64,000 nucleotides of DNA from Candidatus Omnitrophota bacterium (GCA_043826355.1 JBDRQI010000030.1:44102-108101), one strand, 5' to 3'; shown: positions 9,947 to 20,523, counted from the stretch's first letter. The notes: generated from the letters alone by a model not told the origin. Program-made: numbers and translations.

Positions 9947-10812
9947 TGTCTGAGGAAGTTTTACGGCGGATATGGTTGGAAAGAGGGTTGCAGGAAGCGC
10001 TGGCCGGACTCTATTATTTTCAACAGGGGCTGAACCGCTATCCTTCAGTAATTACGGATACGGAGAGCCTGATTTCTCTTGGTCTGGCGGTCAGGAAAAA
10101 GAGGCGTCTGGTTTTAACCCCGGCCGGCGTTTCACTCGCCTATCATCTTGCGGAATACCGCAGTCAGGTGGAGCGGGATGGAATAAGACCGGTTTTAGAA
10201 CGGTTGAAAATTGACCGGAATTCGGTTGTGCTGGATTTCGGCTGCGGCGGCGGGGGAACTCTGCTGGCGGCGTTCCGTTTTAATCCCAGACGGGTAACCG
10301 GTATTGACCGCGACGGTTACGCGGTTGAATTTGCCGAATTTTTGTTTCGCCAAAGCGGGATATCCCGGGAGCGTTACTTTTTCCTGAATTCCGAAATCAA
10401 CGCTGTCTCGTTGCCGGAAAAATCTTTTACCCACATAATCTGCCGGCTTGTCCTGTACCGGGTGAGGGTTAACCAGGCGCTGGCTGTTTTGAGCCGAACC
10501 ACCAAAAGCGGCGGTCATATTTATATCCTGGCGCATTCGGCCGGATATTATCTTTCCCGGACTAAACTTATTTTGCGGAACCCGGTTTGGCTCGGCTATT
10601 TTTTATTCGTTTTTTCCAACGGTTTAATTTTTTCAGCCACCGGTTTGCAGTTAACTTTGAAGTTGGGGAGCAGACGATTTTCAGAGCTCTTTTTTACGGA
10701 AGGTTCCCTAAAACGGGCGTTGCGCGGCAACGGTTTTAAAGTAGAAATTTTTAAGCGGCAGCCAAAGGACGGCCGCCGGGCAATTTTTGAGGTTTTCGGT
10801 GTTAAACTTTGA
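9946..10812 (+). CDS. Class I SAM-dependent methyltransferase
   Basis: 'VLDFGCGGG' and 'GIDRD' SAM-binding motifs. Confidence 0.75.
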   Translation: MSEEVLRRIWLERGLQEALAGLYYFQQGLNRYPSVITDTESLISLGLAVRKKRRLVLTPAGVSLAYHLAEYRSQVERDGIRPVLERLKIDRNSVVLDFGCGGGGTLLAAFRFNPRRVTGIDRDGYAVEFAEFLFRQSGISRERYFFLNSEINAVSLPEKSFTHIICRLVLYRVRVNQALAVLSRTTKSGGHIYILAHSAGYYLSRTKLILRNPVWLGYFLFVFSNGLIFSATGLQLTLKLGSRRFSELFFTEGSLKRALRGNGFKVEIFKRQPKDGRRAIFEVFGVKL

Positions 10813-10872
10813 CGGTTTCGGGAAGAAAAAGATAAAATAAAAGAGAAAAGAGCACACAAAGATAGACAAAGT

Positions 10873-10948
10873 TGTCATCCTGAGCCGCAATTGCGAAGGA
10901 ACTATATTTATTAATAACGAGATTCTTCGGCTTTGCCTCAGAATGACA
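10873..10948. repeat. REP-like palindromic element, family A (TGTCAT(C/T)CTGAG...CGAAG / CTTCG...CTCAGAATGACA)
   Basis: Terminal inverted repeats. The same element recurs at 44645, 46567, 48245, 54524 and 59658. Confidence 0.85.
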
Positions 10949-10963
10949 GAGGGAGGAAATAAA

Positions 10964-12331
10964 GTGAATCCTAAAATTGGTTTGGCTGAGGTTGATATAA
11001 CGCCGCCGGTTGGCAGTTCCCTGGTTGGCTATTTTGAAGACCGGAAGAGCACCGGTGTTCACGACAATCTCTTTGCCCAGACTTTTATTTTTCAGTCCGG
11101 GGAAACTCAAATTGTCCTGATTACCTGCGACCTGATTGTCCTTCTGCCGGACACGGTTAACGAGGTCAAGGAGTTAATCAGCCGGGAATTTTCCATTATG
11201 CCGGAAAATATATTTATGCACAGCACCCATACCCATACCGGGCCGGCTACGGCAAGCGCTTTTGGCGTTGAACAGGACGTAAATTACATCCGGTCTTTAC
11301 CCGGTCGTATCGCCGGTTCGGTCCGGCAGGCGGTTTTAAACCTGGCGCCGGGCCGCATCGGGTTTGGCAGCGGTGTAGAGGCAGGTGTTTCTTTTAACCG
11401 ACGTTATCTGATGAAGGATGGGACAGTCCGCACCAACCCCGGCGCCGGCGACGCCTGGGATAAGATAATCGGAAAAGGTAATCCGGACATAGTGAAACCG
11501 ACCGGTCCAATTGACCCGGAAGTGGCGGTTATGAGGATAGAGAATGAATTCGGTAATTTAAGGGCGGTGCTGGTCAATTTCGCCTGTCACCCGGATACCG
11601 TCGGCGGCAACCTGATTTCCGCCGATTATCCCGGAGTTATCCGACGGTTGGTGCGTAAAATCAAGGGTGAAAACGTGCTGGTGAGTTTTTTTAACGGCGC
11701 TTGCGGCAATATCAACCATCTGGATTTTTGGACCGGAAAAGTAAAAACCGGTTATTTTGCGCACACCGAATGGATGGGTACCATTCTAGCGGCTGAGGTG
11801 ATAAAGGTTTGCGAGAAAATTGATTGCAGGTTATTTGAAACAGTTAAAGCAGCCAGCGCTGAATTGGAAATCGCGGTGCGGCAACCCGGCGAAAAAGAAC
11901 TTAAGTTCGCCCGGCGCCTGGTTGAGGGAGAGCGGAAAAAGTTATCGGAAGAGGATAAGGCAGAATTACGGCGCCGGAGTAATCTGTTCGGTGATGAAAT
12001 TGCCTGGCTGAAGGAGATGCTTTTTGTGGTTGACCAAGGAAAGAAGAAGGAAGAGGTGCCGGTGGGTGCGGTGCGGATAAACGATGCCGGGTTTGCTTTC
12101 CTGCCGGCGGAAGTTTTTGTGGAATACGGCCTGCGGATAAAATCCGAATCAAAATTGAAGTCTACTTTTGTAATCGAATTGACCAACAATTTCTTGGGAT
12201 ACATACCAACCCGGCAGGCCTTTTCCGAAGGCACCGGTTATGAGGAGCGCCTGGCGCGGAGCAGTAACCTGGCACCGGAAGCCGGGGATTTGATTACGGA
12301 TGCGGCGCTGAAGTTGCTGGCGTCTTTATAG
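10964..12331 (+). CDS. Neutral/alkaline ceramidase-like amidohydrolase
   Basis: 'DITPP', 'THTHTGP', 'NFACHPD', 'SADYPG' and 'GACGNINH' motifs. GGAGG RBS precedes GTG 10964. Confidence 0.75.
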   Translation: MNPKIGLAEVDITPPVGSSLVGYFEDRKSTGVHDNLFAQTFIFQSGETQIVLITCDLIVLLPDTVNEVKELISREFSIMPENIFMHSTHTHTGPATASAFGVEQDVNYIRSLPGRIAGSVRQAVLNLAPGRIGFGSGVEAGVSFNRRYLMKDGTVRTNPGAGDAWDKIIGKGNPDIVKPTGPIDPEVAVMRIENEFGNLRAVLVNFACHPDTVGGNLISADYPGVIRRLVRKIKGENVLVSFFNGACGNINHLDFWTGKVKTGYFAHTEWMGTILAAEVIKVCEKIDCRLFETVKAASAELEIAVRQPGEKELKFARRLVEGERKKLSEEDKAELRRRSNLFGDEIAWLKEMLFVVDQGKKKEEVPVGAVRINDAGFAFLPAEVFVEYGLRIKSESKLKSTFVIELTNNFLGYIPTRQAFSEGTGYEERLARSSNLAPEAGDLITDAALKLLASL

Positions 12332-12342
12332 GGAGGCTATTT

Positions 12343-13383
12343 ATGGTTGTTAATTGGGGAGTAATCGGCTGCGGCGGGATTGCGCGGCGGCGCACCATCC
12401 CGGAGGGGATTGTGCCGGCAAAGAACAGTTGTTTGACTGCGGTAATGGATGCCAATCTTTCGGTGGCAAGAGAGATGGCGAAAGATTTAAAGGTTAAGTC
12501 CTATGACACCGAAACGGAACTGCTGTCGGACCCGGAAATTAACGCAATTTACATTGCGACGCCGGCCTATCTGCATGCGAAACAGGCGACAGCGGCGCTG
12601 CGTTCCGGCAAGAACGTTTTGGTGGAGAAACCCCTGTCTTTGACGCTTTTTGATTGCGAATCTGTGATTAAAGAAGCGGAAAAACAGGGTCGGAAATTAG
12701 GGGTGGGTTATATGATGCGGTTTCACGGTTTTCATCAGCAGTTGCGGGTGATGATTTCCGAAGGACAGATTGGCAAGCCGGTTCTGGGTCGGGCCCAGCT
12801 TTCCTGCTGGTACCCGCCGATGGAAGGAGCCTGGCGGCAGAACCCGGAACTGGGCGGGGGCGGTTCTTTGGTTGATATGGGTAACCATCTCATTGACCTG
12901 TTGGAATATGTTTTCCAGTCACCGGTTACGGAAATAAATTGTTTTACCGGCAACCTCATTCAATCCTATCTTTCGGAGGATAGCGCTCTTACTACGGTTC
13001 GTTTTCAGAATGGGGCTCTGGGTATGGTTGATGCGTTTTTTTCCATACCGGATAATTCTTCCCGTAATTTTATGGAGGTTTACGGAAGTGCCGGCTCGGT
13101 CTTGGCGGAAGGAACCATCGGCCAGGGGTCGGCCGGAACCGCGCGCGCTTTTGCGGAAAAAGAGATGAAGGGTTATGAAGCGGACCAGAAAAGGTCTCAG
13201 TCGGGAGGAGTAGATTTAAAATTCCCGTTGGTAAATACCTATCAGGCAGAGGTTGAAGAGTTTGCAAACGCAATCCTGGAAGACCGTAAACCGGCTATTT
13301 CCGGAGATGATGGCCTGTGGTCGCAAAAACTGGTGTTGGCGGCTTACGAATCGGCCCGTACCGGCAGAGTAATTAAATTGTAG
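12343..13383 (+). CDS. Gfo/Idh/MocA-family oxidoreductase
   Basis: 'GVIGCGGIA', 'VEKP' and 'GGGSLVDMGNH' motifs. Confidence 0.9.
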   Translation: MVVNWGVIGCGGIARRRTIPEGIVPAKNSCLTAVMDANLSVAREMAKDLKVKSYDTETELLSDPEINAIYIATPAYLHAKQATAALRSGKNVLVEKPLSLTLFDCESVIKEAEKQGRKLGVGYMMRFHGFHQQLRVMISEGQIGKPVLGRAQLSCWYPPMEGAWRQNPELGGGGSLVDMGNHLIDLLEYVFQSPVTEINCFTGNLIQSYLSEDSALTTVRFQNGALGMVDAFFSIPDNSSRNFMEVYGSAGSVLAEGTIGQGSAGTARAFAEKEMKGYEADQKRSQSGGVDLKFPLVNTYQAEVEEFANAILEDRKPAISGDDGLWSQKLVLAAYESARTGRVIKL

Positions 13384-13430
13384 GGGCACGATTCATCGCG
13401 CCCGCGCGGACCGGATGAATCCGACCCTAC
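13380..13430. repeat. GTAG-type REP doublet
   Basis: GTAGGGGCACGATTCATCGCGCCC followed by an inverted unit ending CCGACCCTAC. Related units occur at 27925 and 28640. Confidence 0.75.
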
Positions 13431-13458
13431 AGAATATATTATATTTTAAGGAGGATTT

Positions 13459-14721
13459 ATGGCGGAAAAATTGGCAATCGAAGGCGGGGAAGCGGTAAAC
13501 AAAGTTTTTTTTCCTAAATGGCCTTCTTTTGAGGAAACCACCATTCAGAAGGCGATGGAACCCCTGCGCACCGGGAAGGTCAATTACTGGACCGGCGAGA
13601 TGGGGGTCAGGTTTGAAAACGAGTGGGCGAAATGGAACGGCGCAAAGTACGGGATAACAACCAGCAACGGCACCAGCGCTCTTCATACGGCGGTAGCGGC
13701 TTTGGGGATAGGCCCCGGTGATGAGATTATTTGTCCCTCCTATTCTTTTATCGCTTCCTCATTCTGTATTCTTCAGGCGGGTGCCTTGCCGGTTTTTGCC
13801 GATGTAGATGAAACCCACACCCTTAACCCGGCCGAAATCGAGGATAAAATTACAGAAAGAACAAAGGCCATTATCGTCGTGCACCTTTACGGGGTAGTGG
13901 CCGACATGGACCCGATAATGAAAGTAGCCAAAGATCATAACCTTTTTGTGATTGAAGACTGCGCCCAGTGTTTCGGCGGTATCTATAAAGGAAAAAAGAC
14001 CGGAACCATTGGTGAAATCGGGTGCTTTAGTTTCTGCCAGAGCAAGCATTTCACCACCGGTGGAGAAGGCGGGGCGGTGATAACCGACAACGAAACGCTG
14101 CAGTGGGAATGCCGGTCTTTCCGCGACCACGGTTACGATGTCAAGGAGAGGCTGAGATTGCTGGAATTAGAAGCGAAGCTTACCTATATCCATAACCGGG
14201 TAGGTTTTAACTACCGTATGACTGAAATGCAATCAGTAATCGGCCTCTGCGAATTGGACCGGCTTGACACTTGGAACCTGGCCAACCGGAGGAAGAACGG
14301 CCGCTTTCTGATTGAAGCCCTGAAAGGCCATCCGCTGGTTACAAAAGCCCCGCTGGATACCAAAGAACGGGAGAACGCATTCTGGTGGGCGCCGTTTGTT
14401 CTTGATGTTGACCGGCTTAAGGTTCCGGTAAAGCAGTTTGTGAGTGCTATGGAAGCGGAGGGTGTTCCGGTTTACGGCGTTCAGTGGCCGGAGATGTACA
14501 AGGAAAAGGCCTATCTTGAGCAGAACGGTTTCGGCCGGTTAAAATATCCTTTTAACGACCCTAACGCCCGGAAGATTGATTACGCGGCCTTTGACTGCAA
14601 AAAGGCAAATTGGCTTTCCAAACGGACGATGTCGTTCTTTACGCATCCGGTTTATACCCAAAAGCATATGGAACTTTACGTGGCGGCGTTCCAGAAGGTG
14701 GCTTCTGCGTATATGAAGTAA
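13459..14721 (+). CDS. DegT/DnrJ/EryC1/StrS PLP-dependent sugar aminotransferase
   Basis: 'SNGTSALH', 'IEDCAQ' and 'FSFCQSKHFTTGGEGG' (PLP lysine) motifs. Confidence 0.92.
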   Translation: MAEKLAIEGGEAVNKVFFPKWPSFEETTIQKAMEPLRTGKVNYWTGEMGVRFENEWAKWNGAKYGITTSNGTSALHTAVAALGIGPGDEIICPSYSFIASSFCILQAGALPVFADVDETHTLNPAEIEDKITERTKAIIVVHLYGVVADMDPIMKVAKDHNLFVIEDCAQCFGGIYKGKKTGTIGEIGCFSFCQSKHFTTGGEGGAVITDNETLQWECRSFRDHGYDVKERLRLLELEAKLTYIHNRVGFNYRMTEMQSVIGLCELDRLDTWNLANRRKNGRFLIEALKGHPLVTKAPLDTKERENAFWWAPFVLDVDRLKVPVKQFVSAMEAEGVPVYGVQWPEMYKEKAYLEQNGFGRLKYPFNDPNARKIDYAAFDCKKANWLSKRTMSFFTHPVYTQKHMELYVAAFQKVASAYMK

Positions 14722-14769
14722 CAACACGTGAAACTTTTTCTCTGTGAGGAGAACTAAGGCGGGGGGATT

Positions 14770-15720
14770 ATGGATTTGATGAAAACATTGAAGGGCTCTT
14801 TGCTGGAAAATTTTTTTCCGACTGGTTGGGACCTGGTTAAGATTGACCGGTGCTGTAGCAATCCGGCGAAGGCGGTTTGTGACCGGCAGCCCTGGTGGAA
14901 CAAGAATTTTGTTCCAGTTCCCTGCATATCCCTGGAAGAATTTGATATTAAGATGGGCCATGAGATTGCAACGGAAATCTGCGCGGCAAGGGAAGAAAAG
15001 AAAAAACTAATCCTGATTCTACCGGTCGGGCCGATGGGGATGTATAAGTGGGCTGTCTATTTTCTGAAGGAATGGAATGTTGATTGCCGGCATGTGTACG
15101 GTTTCAATATGGATGAGTGGAGCGACCGGAATGGAAGGACCCTTCCTTCGGATAATCCCGGCGCTTTTCAGAATGCGATGGAAGGCGCTTTCTATGGTCC
15201 GCTCGGGTCTTTGACTGTGCCGGTCAACCAGCGTCATTTCGCAACCCCAAAACTGCTTACCGCTTATCCGAAAGAAATTGAAAAACTGCGGAAGGAAGGA
15301 GCAAAGATGGTGTTGATATTCGGCGTCGGCCGGGTTTTTCACATCGCTTTCTGGGAGCCGCATTTCGCCGCGGAATTTTCCAGTGTGGCGGAATGGAAAA
15401 AACAACCCTACCGTTTAGGGGCAAAGTTGCATCCGCTTACCGTTGAACAGAATGCGATTACCAGTTTTAAAAGCCGGACCACCCTGGTGCCCTGTTTTGC
15501 CAACACCATCGGCCCGGGGATATTTCTCAAAGCGGATAAAATTATCGGCGGTTGCGACGGAAGTCTTGGTCGGGGAATGATGTGGCAGGGGATGAGTCTT
15601 TGGGTAACCCTGCGTTACGGACCCGATATGTGGGTCCCAAGCAGTTTTATGCCAACCCTGCCCGGCCGGTTATTTTTTCTGCAAGAACTGGCCGGACCGC
15701 TGGCCGCGGATTGTAACTAA
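14770..15720 (+). CDS. Glucosamine-6-phosphate deaminase/isomerase-like protein (divergent NagB fold)
   Basis: 'LPVGP', 'FNMDEW' and '[13 protein letters not shown]' correspond to the NagB motifs 'FNMDEY' and 'GIG..GHIAFNEP'. Confidence 0.7.
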   Translation: MDLMKTLKGSLLENFFPTGWDLVKIDRCCSNPAKAVCDRQPWWNKNFVPVPCISLEEFDIKMGHEIATEICAAREEKKKLILILPVGPMGMYKWAVYFLKEWNVDCRHVYGFNMDEWSDRNGRTLPSDNPGAFQNAMEGAFYGPLGSLTVPVNQRHFATPKLLTAYPKEIEKLRKEGAKMVLIFGVGRVFHIAFWEPHFAAEFSSVAEWKKQPYRLGAKLHPLTVEQNAITSFKSRTTLVPCFANTIGPGIFLKADKIIGGCDGSLGRGMMWQGMSLWVTLRYGPDMWVPSSFMPTLPGRLFFLQELAGPLAADCN

Positions 15721-15732
15721 CGGAGGACAAAA

Positions 15733-16437
15733 ATGAGAATATTGGCGGTGGGTGCCCATCCTGACGATATTGAATTTCTTTGTGCCGGCACACTCCTGAA
15801 GTTTCGCAAACGGGGTGACGAAATATTTACCGCCGTTTTATGCAACGGAGATAAGGGACACTATGAGATTGGCCCGGAAGAGTTGGCCCGTATCCGGCGC
15901 CTGGAGGCGGAAGCGGCGGCAAAATCGGAAAGAGCATCCCTGGTTAGCGTCGGCGCTTTTCCGGACCTGGAGGTTTATGCCGACAGTGAGAGCCGCCGGA
16001 AGGTGGTGGAAATAGTTCGGCAGGCAAAACCGGACCTAATTTTAACCCATTATCCGGATGATTATATGTGCGACCACTCCACGACCGGACGGTTGGTGAT
16101 AGACGCCTCTTTTGTAGCTTCGCTGCCCAATTACCATACGGAAAATCCGCACACCACATCAATTCCGCCGCTCTATTTTATGGATGCATTAGCCGCAGTC
16201 AACTTTCAACCGACCGATTACGTGGATATTTCGGAATTTATTGAAGAGAAAGGGAAGGCGCTTTTATGTCATCAGAGTCAGTACCAATGGCTGTTGGACC
16301 ACGATGGTGTTGACTACGTAGAATTTATGAAAAAACACAGCGCTTTTCGGGGTATCCAGTGCGGCGTTAAATACGCGGAGGCGTTTCGGCGCTACGCGGT
16401 CTGGGGTCGAATACGACCCGGCTGTTGGTTACCGTAA
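15733..16437 (+). CDS. PIG-L/LmbE-family N-deacetylase
   Basis: 'AHPDD' and 'DH' zinc motifs, plus 'HQSQ' and 'AEAF'. Confidence 0.9.
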   Translation: MRILAVGAHPDDIEFLCAGTLLKFRKRGDEIFTAVLCNGDKGHYEIGPEELARIRRLEAEAAAKSERASLVSVGAFPDLEVYADSESRRKVVEIVRQAKPDLILTHYPDDYMCDHSTTGRLVIDASFVASLPNYHTENPHTTSIPPLYFMDALAAVNFQPTDYVDISEFIEEKGKALLCHQSQYQWLLDHDGVDYVEFMKKHSAFRGIQCGVKYAEAFRRYAVWGRIRPGCWLP

Positions 16438-16440
16438 CTA

Positions 16441-18075
16441 TTACTTCCTGGCCGGGGGAGGAATAAGTGGGATTCCCTGCGGTCCGGGCATAAGAGGCGT
16501 TCCCATTTCTCCAGGGAATACTGGTGCCTGTAATTCCGCCAATTTACTTTCAGCTTCTTTTCGGAACGTAGCTTCCGGATGGAGTTCCAGGGCGGACCGC
16601 AAGAGATTAACGGCTTCCTCTTTTTTGTTTTCCTTCAATAAAACCAGCGCCTGGTCGTAATTAAAACGGGCTTGAAGTTTCTTGATTTCCTCAACGTAAG
16701 GTGCATCCGGGTTTTCCTTCAAGGCGGTTTGAATTAAAGGGATTGCTTCTGTTATTTTTCCTTCTTTTGCCAGCGCGGAGCCCTTCTGATAGGCCTGGGC
16801 AGAATTGGCGACACGCGCTTCCAGATTTTTGACCGCTCCCAGGGCTGCTTCTCTGACCTTTTTTTCCTGGTCGTTTTTGGAAAGATAAGTCAGAAATGGT
16901 TTTTGGTTTGCTCCGGCGCAGATACCTAATACTTCCACAATCTCAACCCTTAAACTGATTTCGTCCTTTTGCGACCAGCCTTCGGCTTCCGCAGTTTGTT
17001 CTTTAAGGATGGGTGTGATTAAAGGAAGGCCTCCCGGTATCGGCGGGCCTGCCATGACAGGTTGTCGCTGCGGCGGTTGGTTGAGAGAAGACCCGGTTAC
17101 GGCATCATCCGGATAATTCTCTTTCAGCCGGTTTACCATCAACGGAACCCCGGTTGCATCTTTCAATATTCCCAGAGCCAAAGCCATGGCTATTTTCCTC
17201 TCTCCGGTGGCCTGTAGATATGCCGGACGGATAATACCGGCAAACTCTTCCTTGCCTTTTTCCCGCACCAGTTCAACCACGTTCTGATTCGATAATCCGC
17301 CGGGAAAAACTCCGGCCCAGGCGGAAAGAATCGCCTTTAAACTTTCCGATGTGTTGATGGTTTTCAGAGCTTTGATTGCCGCCTGTTTTCCTTCGGTTGG
17401 AAAATCCGTTGCTTCCAGAGCCTCCCGTAAGAACGGAACGGCGGAGGGAAGGGCAATTTCACCCAACGATTCTACGGCTGCCACCCATATTTCCGGTAGT
17501 TCCCCGCTTTTTTGTGTAACTTCTCCGAGCGCTTTCACCGCTTCTTCTTCGGGGAAAAATCCCAACCACTTTGCCGCTGCAATTCTTTTGTTGGTTGGTC
17601 CGAACCGGAGGTCTTCCACCAACTCCGGAAGAGTGGCGTTTGGTTTTTCGGAGAGTTTGGTTATCCGGGACGTTTTTTCCCCCTCTTCCGTTTCTTTCTC
17701 CCCGGGTCCAACCAAAAAAATCCCGGCGGCTTTAAGATTTTTGATATCCTGCTCCGCTTTTTTGGCAACGTCGCTGTCCGGCGCAAGCTCCAGCACCTTC
17801 TGTAATTTTTCCGAAACCTTTTTATACTGTTTCTGCTGCCAGTAGATTATACCCAGATTATAGCAGGCCTCAGCATAGTCGGGCTTGATTTCAATCGCTT
17901 TTTCAAAGGCCGTTATCGCCTCGTTGTAATTCTGCGCTTCATACAATTCAACTCCTTGGTTGAAATAATCTTCCGCCTTTGGCGAAACGAATTCGGCGCC
18001 GGTTTGCTGTCCAAAGGCAGGCAAAGTAATGGCGAGAAAAATAATCGGTCCCACCCACATCGTCAGTCGTTTCAT
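16441..18075 (-). CDS. Secreted TPR + HEAT-repeat protein
   Basis: Signal peptide, TPR repeats ('YAEACYNLG'), HEAT-like repeats ('AAVESLGEI') and Pro-rich linkers. Confidence 0.75.
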   Translation of the reverse strand: MKRLTMWVGPIIFLAITLPAFGQQTGAEFVSPKAEDYFNQGVELYEAQNYNEAITAFEKAIEIKPDYAEACYNLGIIYWQQKQYKKVSEKLQKVLELAPDSDVAKKAEQDIKNLKAAGIFLVGPGEKETEEGEKTSRITKLSEKPNATLPELVEDLRFGPTNKRIAAAKWLGFFPEEEAVKALGEVTQKSGELPEIWVAAVESLGEIALPSAVPFLREALEATDFPTEGKQAAIKALKTINTSESLKAILSAWAGVFPGGLSNQNVVELVREKGKEEFAGIIRPAYLQATGERKIAMALALGILKDATGVPLMVNRLKENYPDDAVTGSSLNQPPQRQPVMAGPPIPGGLPLITPILKEQTAEAEGWSQKDEISLRVEIVEVLGICAGANQKPFLTYLSKNDQEKKVREAALGAVKNLEARVANSAQAYQKGSALAKEGKITEAIPLIQTALKENPDAPYVEEIKKLQARFNYDQALVLLKENKKEEAVNLLRSALELHPEATFRKEAESKLAELQAPVFPGEMGTPLMPGPQGIPLIPPPARK

Positions 18076-18083
18076 ATTTGCCT

Positions 18084-18407
18084 CTATTGTTTTAAATAAT
18101 TTTCCAGCAATCGGACGAGTTGCTCCCTGGGAATTACGCCGACCAGTCGTTCTTTTTCCTGGCCGTTGACGAAGAGAATCAGGGTAGGGATGCTCATTAC
18201 TCCAAATTTACCGGCCAGATTGGGGTTTTCGTCCACGTTCACCTTGCCTATTCTGGCCCGGCCTTCAAAATCCCGGGCAAGTTGTTTCAGGGTTGGGCCC
18301 AGCATCTGGCAGGGTCCGCACCATTGAGCCCAGAAGTCAACCAAAAACGGGAGGGTGTTTGTCATTATTTCCTGGTCAAAATTAGTTTCGTTTAATATTG
18401 TTTCCAT
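18084..18407 (-). CDS. trxA: Thioredoxin
   Basis: WCGPC active site and 'SIPT' cis-Pro motif. Confidence 0.95.
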   Translation of the reverse strand: METILNETNFDQEIMTNTLPFLVDFWAQWCGPCQMLGPTLKQLARDFEGRARIGKVNVDENPNLAGKFGVMSIPTLILFVNGQEKERLVGVIPREQLVRLLENYLKQ

Positions 18408-19224
18408 CTGCCCTCCCGGTTGTTAGTTTATTGAAAGCCGTTTTAATTTCCTGCAGGGTTTTGTTCAGGTCGCCGCGGCCCCGCGTTTCAAAAGTTAAAA
18501 ATGCCGGTCTTTTTCTGTCCAGGGCTTTCTTTCTGAAGTCGGGCCAGTCTATGGTTCCTTCAAATGGAACCAGGTGCCGGTCGACGGAATCGCAGGTGTC
18601 GGAAAGATGAAAAGAAATAATTTTATCCTTCAGTGTTTTCAGGACTGCTTCCAGAACGCCGGAAATGTGGGCGTGGCCCGTATCCAGGCAAATGCCGGTG
18701 TTGGGCAGTCCTTCAATCAGGAAAGAAAGGTCGGATGGATGCCAGCCGACCAGTCCGGGCAACATGTTTTCGGCTGCCAGGCATAACTTGTTTTCCAATA
18801 GGGCCTGGTCCAGTTCAACCAGGCTTTTCCGGCTCTGGACTAATCTCAGCTTTTCTTCTTCGTTCCGGGATAATATCCCGCCGGGATGGATGATTACGGT
18901 TTCCGCTCCGGGCAGCCGGCGGAAAACGGAAACAGCCGTTTTTATTTCATTTACCGCTTCTTTTCGTAAACTCTCGTCAAGCGAGGAAATATCCAGAATT
19001 TCGCTGAACGGCGCGTGCATGGTCCTGATTTTTATACCGAATTTTTCTAATTTGTCGGTAAGGCGGTTTGCGTAACCGTTTTCCCGATAGGGGAAGTGGT
19101 CTTCATTTCCAAAGTTAAACGCTCCCCACGCCTCCAGGTTTTTAATTGCGCTGTCGGCGAAGACCGGCAGCGCATCAAGAACGCTTTCTTTATTGCAGAT
19201 GAACGTGGAAACGCATATTTCCAT
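18382..19224 (-). CDS. Xylose-isomerase-like TIM barrel (sugar phosphate isomerase/epimerase)
   Basis: 'HAPF', 'ENM', 'LDTGHAH', 'HLSD' and 'D.H..P..GTIDW' motifs. Confidence 0.85.
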   Translation of the reverse strand: MEICVSTFICNKESVLDALPVFADSAIKNLEAWGAFNFGNEDHFPYRENGYANRLTDKLEKFGIKIRTMHAPFSEILDISSLDESLRKEAVNEIKTAVSVFRRLPGAETVIIHPGGILSRNEEEKLRLVQSRKSLVELDQALLENKLCLAAENMLPGLVGWHPSDLSFLIEGLPNTGICLDTGHAHISGVLEAVLKTLKDKIISFHLSDTCDSVDRHLVPFEGTIDWPDFRKKALDRKRPAFLTFETRGRGDLNKTLQEIKTAFNKLTTGRADGNNIKRN

Positions 19225-19764
19225 TTAAGGCGATTCGTTCGCGACCCCTAAGTAAGGCTCAACCATCTTCAGGAGTTCTTGCCGGTCTATGCCTCCGATG
19301 CGCATATCCCGGATTATACCTTTGCGGTCTATTACAAAGGTGGTTGGGATTGACCTTACCCTTCCGTAGAGAGAAGAGACCCGACCCCCCTTGTCGTTGG
19401 CAACTGGATAATTAATCCGGTTTATCTTGCTGAATTCCTGCAAAGCGGCGTCTTTATCATTTACCCCTATCCCGATTATCACAACGCCCTTTTTTTCAAA
19501 ATCACGGTAAAACTGGATAAATTCCGGAATTTCAGCCCGGCAGGGCGGGCACCACGTTGCCCAGAAGTTAAGGACGACCACTTTTCCTTTGAGAGCATCA
19601 AGGGAAATGGTTTTTTTGTCCAGCGAGATTATGGTAAAATTTTTTGCTTGGTTGCCGATCAAGCTGCCTTGAGCCGGCCGGAGCCCCGACATGAAAAATG
19701 AACCAAGTATGACTAAGATAAAGATGCCCAGACCAATGAATTTCTTTTTCATTTCAGCCTCCAA
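19225..19764 (-). CDS. TlpA/ResA-family thiol:disulfide oxidoreductase
   Basis: N-terminal membrane anchor and 'NFWATWCPPC'. Confidence 0.9.
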   Translation of the reverse strand: MEAEMKKKFIGLGIFILVILGSFFMSGLRPAQGSLIGNQAKNFTIISLDKKTISLDALKGKVVVLNFWATWCPPCRAEIPEFIQFYRDFEKKGVVIIGIGVNDKDAALQEFSKINRINYPVANDKGGRVSSLYGRVRSIPTTFVIDRKGIIRDMRIGGIDRQELLKMVEPYLGVANESP

Positions 19765-19767
19765 TGT

Positions 19768-20505
19768 TTACCGTCCGCGTATCTGTACTTCCCGGAAGAA
19801 ATGCTCCATCCTTTCCCGCAGTGCTTCCAGCCGTTCTTTCTCCCAGGATTTTTTAGCGGCAAATTCCGGGTTCAGGGTTGGGGCGGGAAAGAAATTTTGA
19901 ATAACATAACGCCCGGGAAAGACGTCCTGATTTTTTCGTTCTTTACAAAATCGGCCGATTTCCAGAAAATCATCTTCACTTAAAAGATCCGGAACGATGG
20001 TAGTGCGTAACTCATATTCTACCCCCGAATCAGGTAGCAAGTCAATCGTCGTGATAACTTTTAAAAGGAACCGGTTGCAGGACGCAACGTCAATTCCGGC
20101 AACCCGGCCGTATTTTTCCGTTTGTAGCGGCGCTTTAATGTCAAGCGCAATGTAGGCTACCAGGTTCTGGTTTATCAATTTTTCCAGGATTTCCGGCTGC
20201 GAGCCGTTGGTATCCAGTTTCACCGGAAGTTTTTTGGCTTTTATTTTTATTAAAAAATCAATTAAGTCCGGTTGCAGGGTCGGTTCGCCGCCCGTGACAA
20301 CCAGCCCATCAAGAAAATCTTTTTCATTCTGCAGATGATTTAAAATTTCTGTTTCCGAAAAAGAAGGCAGTGACGGTTGGTTCAAGACCAGGTTGACATT
20401 GTAACAGAATGGACAGCGAAAATTGCAGCCGGGTGTCCAGATTACCGCCGCTACTTTCCCGGGATAATCGATAAAGGAAGTTTGGGCAAATCCCTTAATT
20501 TCCAT
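19768..20505 (-). CDS. Anaerobic ribonucleotide reductase activating protein (radical SAM, NrdG-like)
   Basis: 'SFIDYPG', CNFRCPFC, 'TGGEPT', 'KLDTNGS' and 'YELRTT' motifs. Confidence 0.85.
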   Translation of the reverse strand: MEIKGFAQTSFIDYPGKVAAVIWTPGCNFRCPFCYNVNLVLNQPSLPSFSETEILNHLQNEKDFLDGLVVTGGEPTLQPDLIDFLIKIKAKKLPVKLDTNGSQPEILEKLINQNLVAYIALDIKAPLQTEKYGRVAGIDVASCNRFLLKVITTIDLLPDSGVEYELRTTIVPDLLSEDDFLEIGRFCKERKNQDVFPGRYVIQNFFPAPTLNPEFAAKKSWEKERLEALRERMEHFFREVQIRGR

Positions 20506-20523
20506 TATTCGTTTGCCTCCTAA

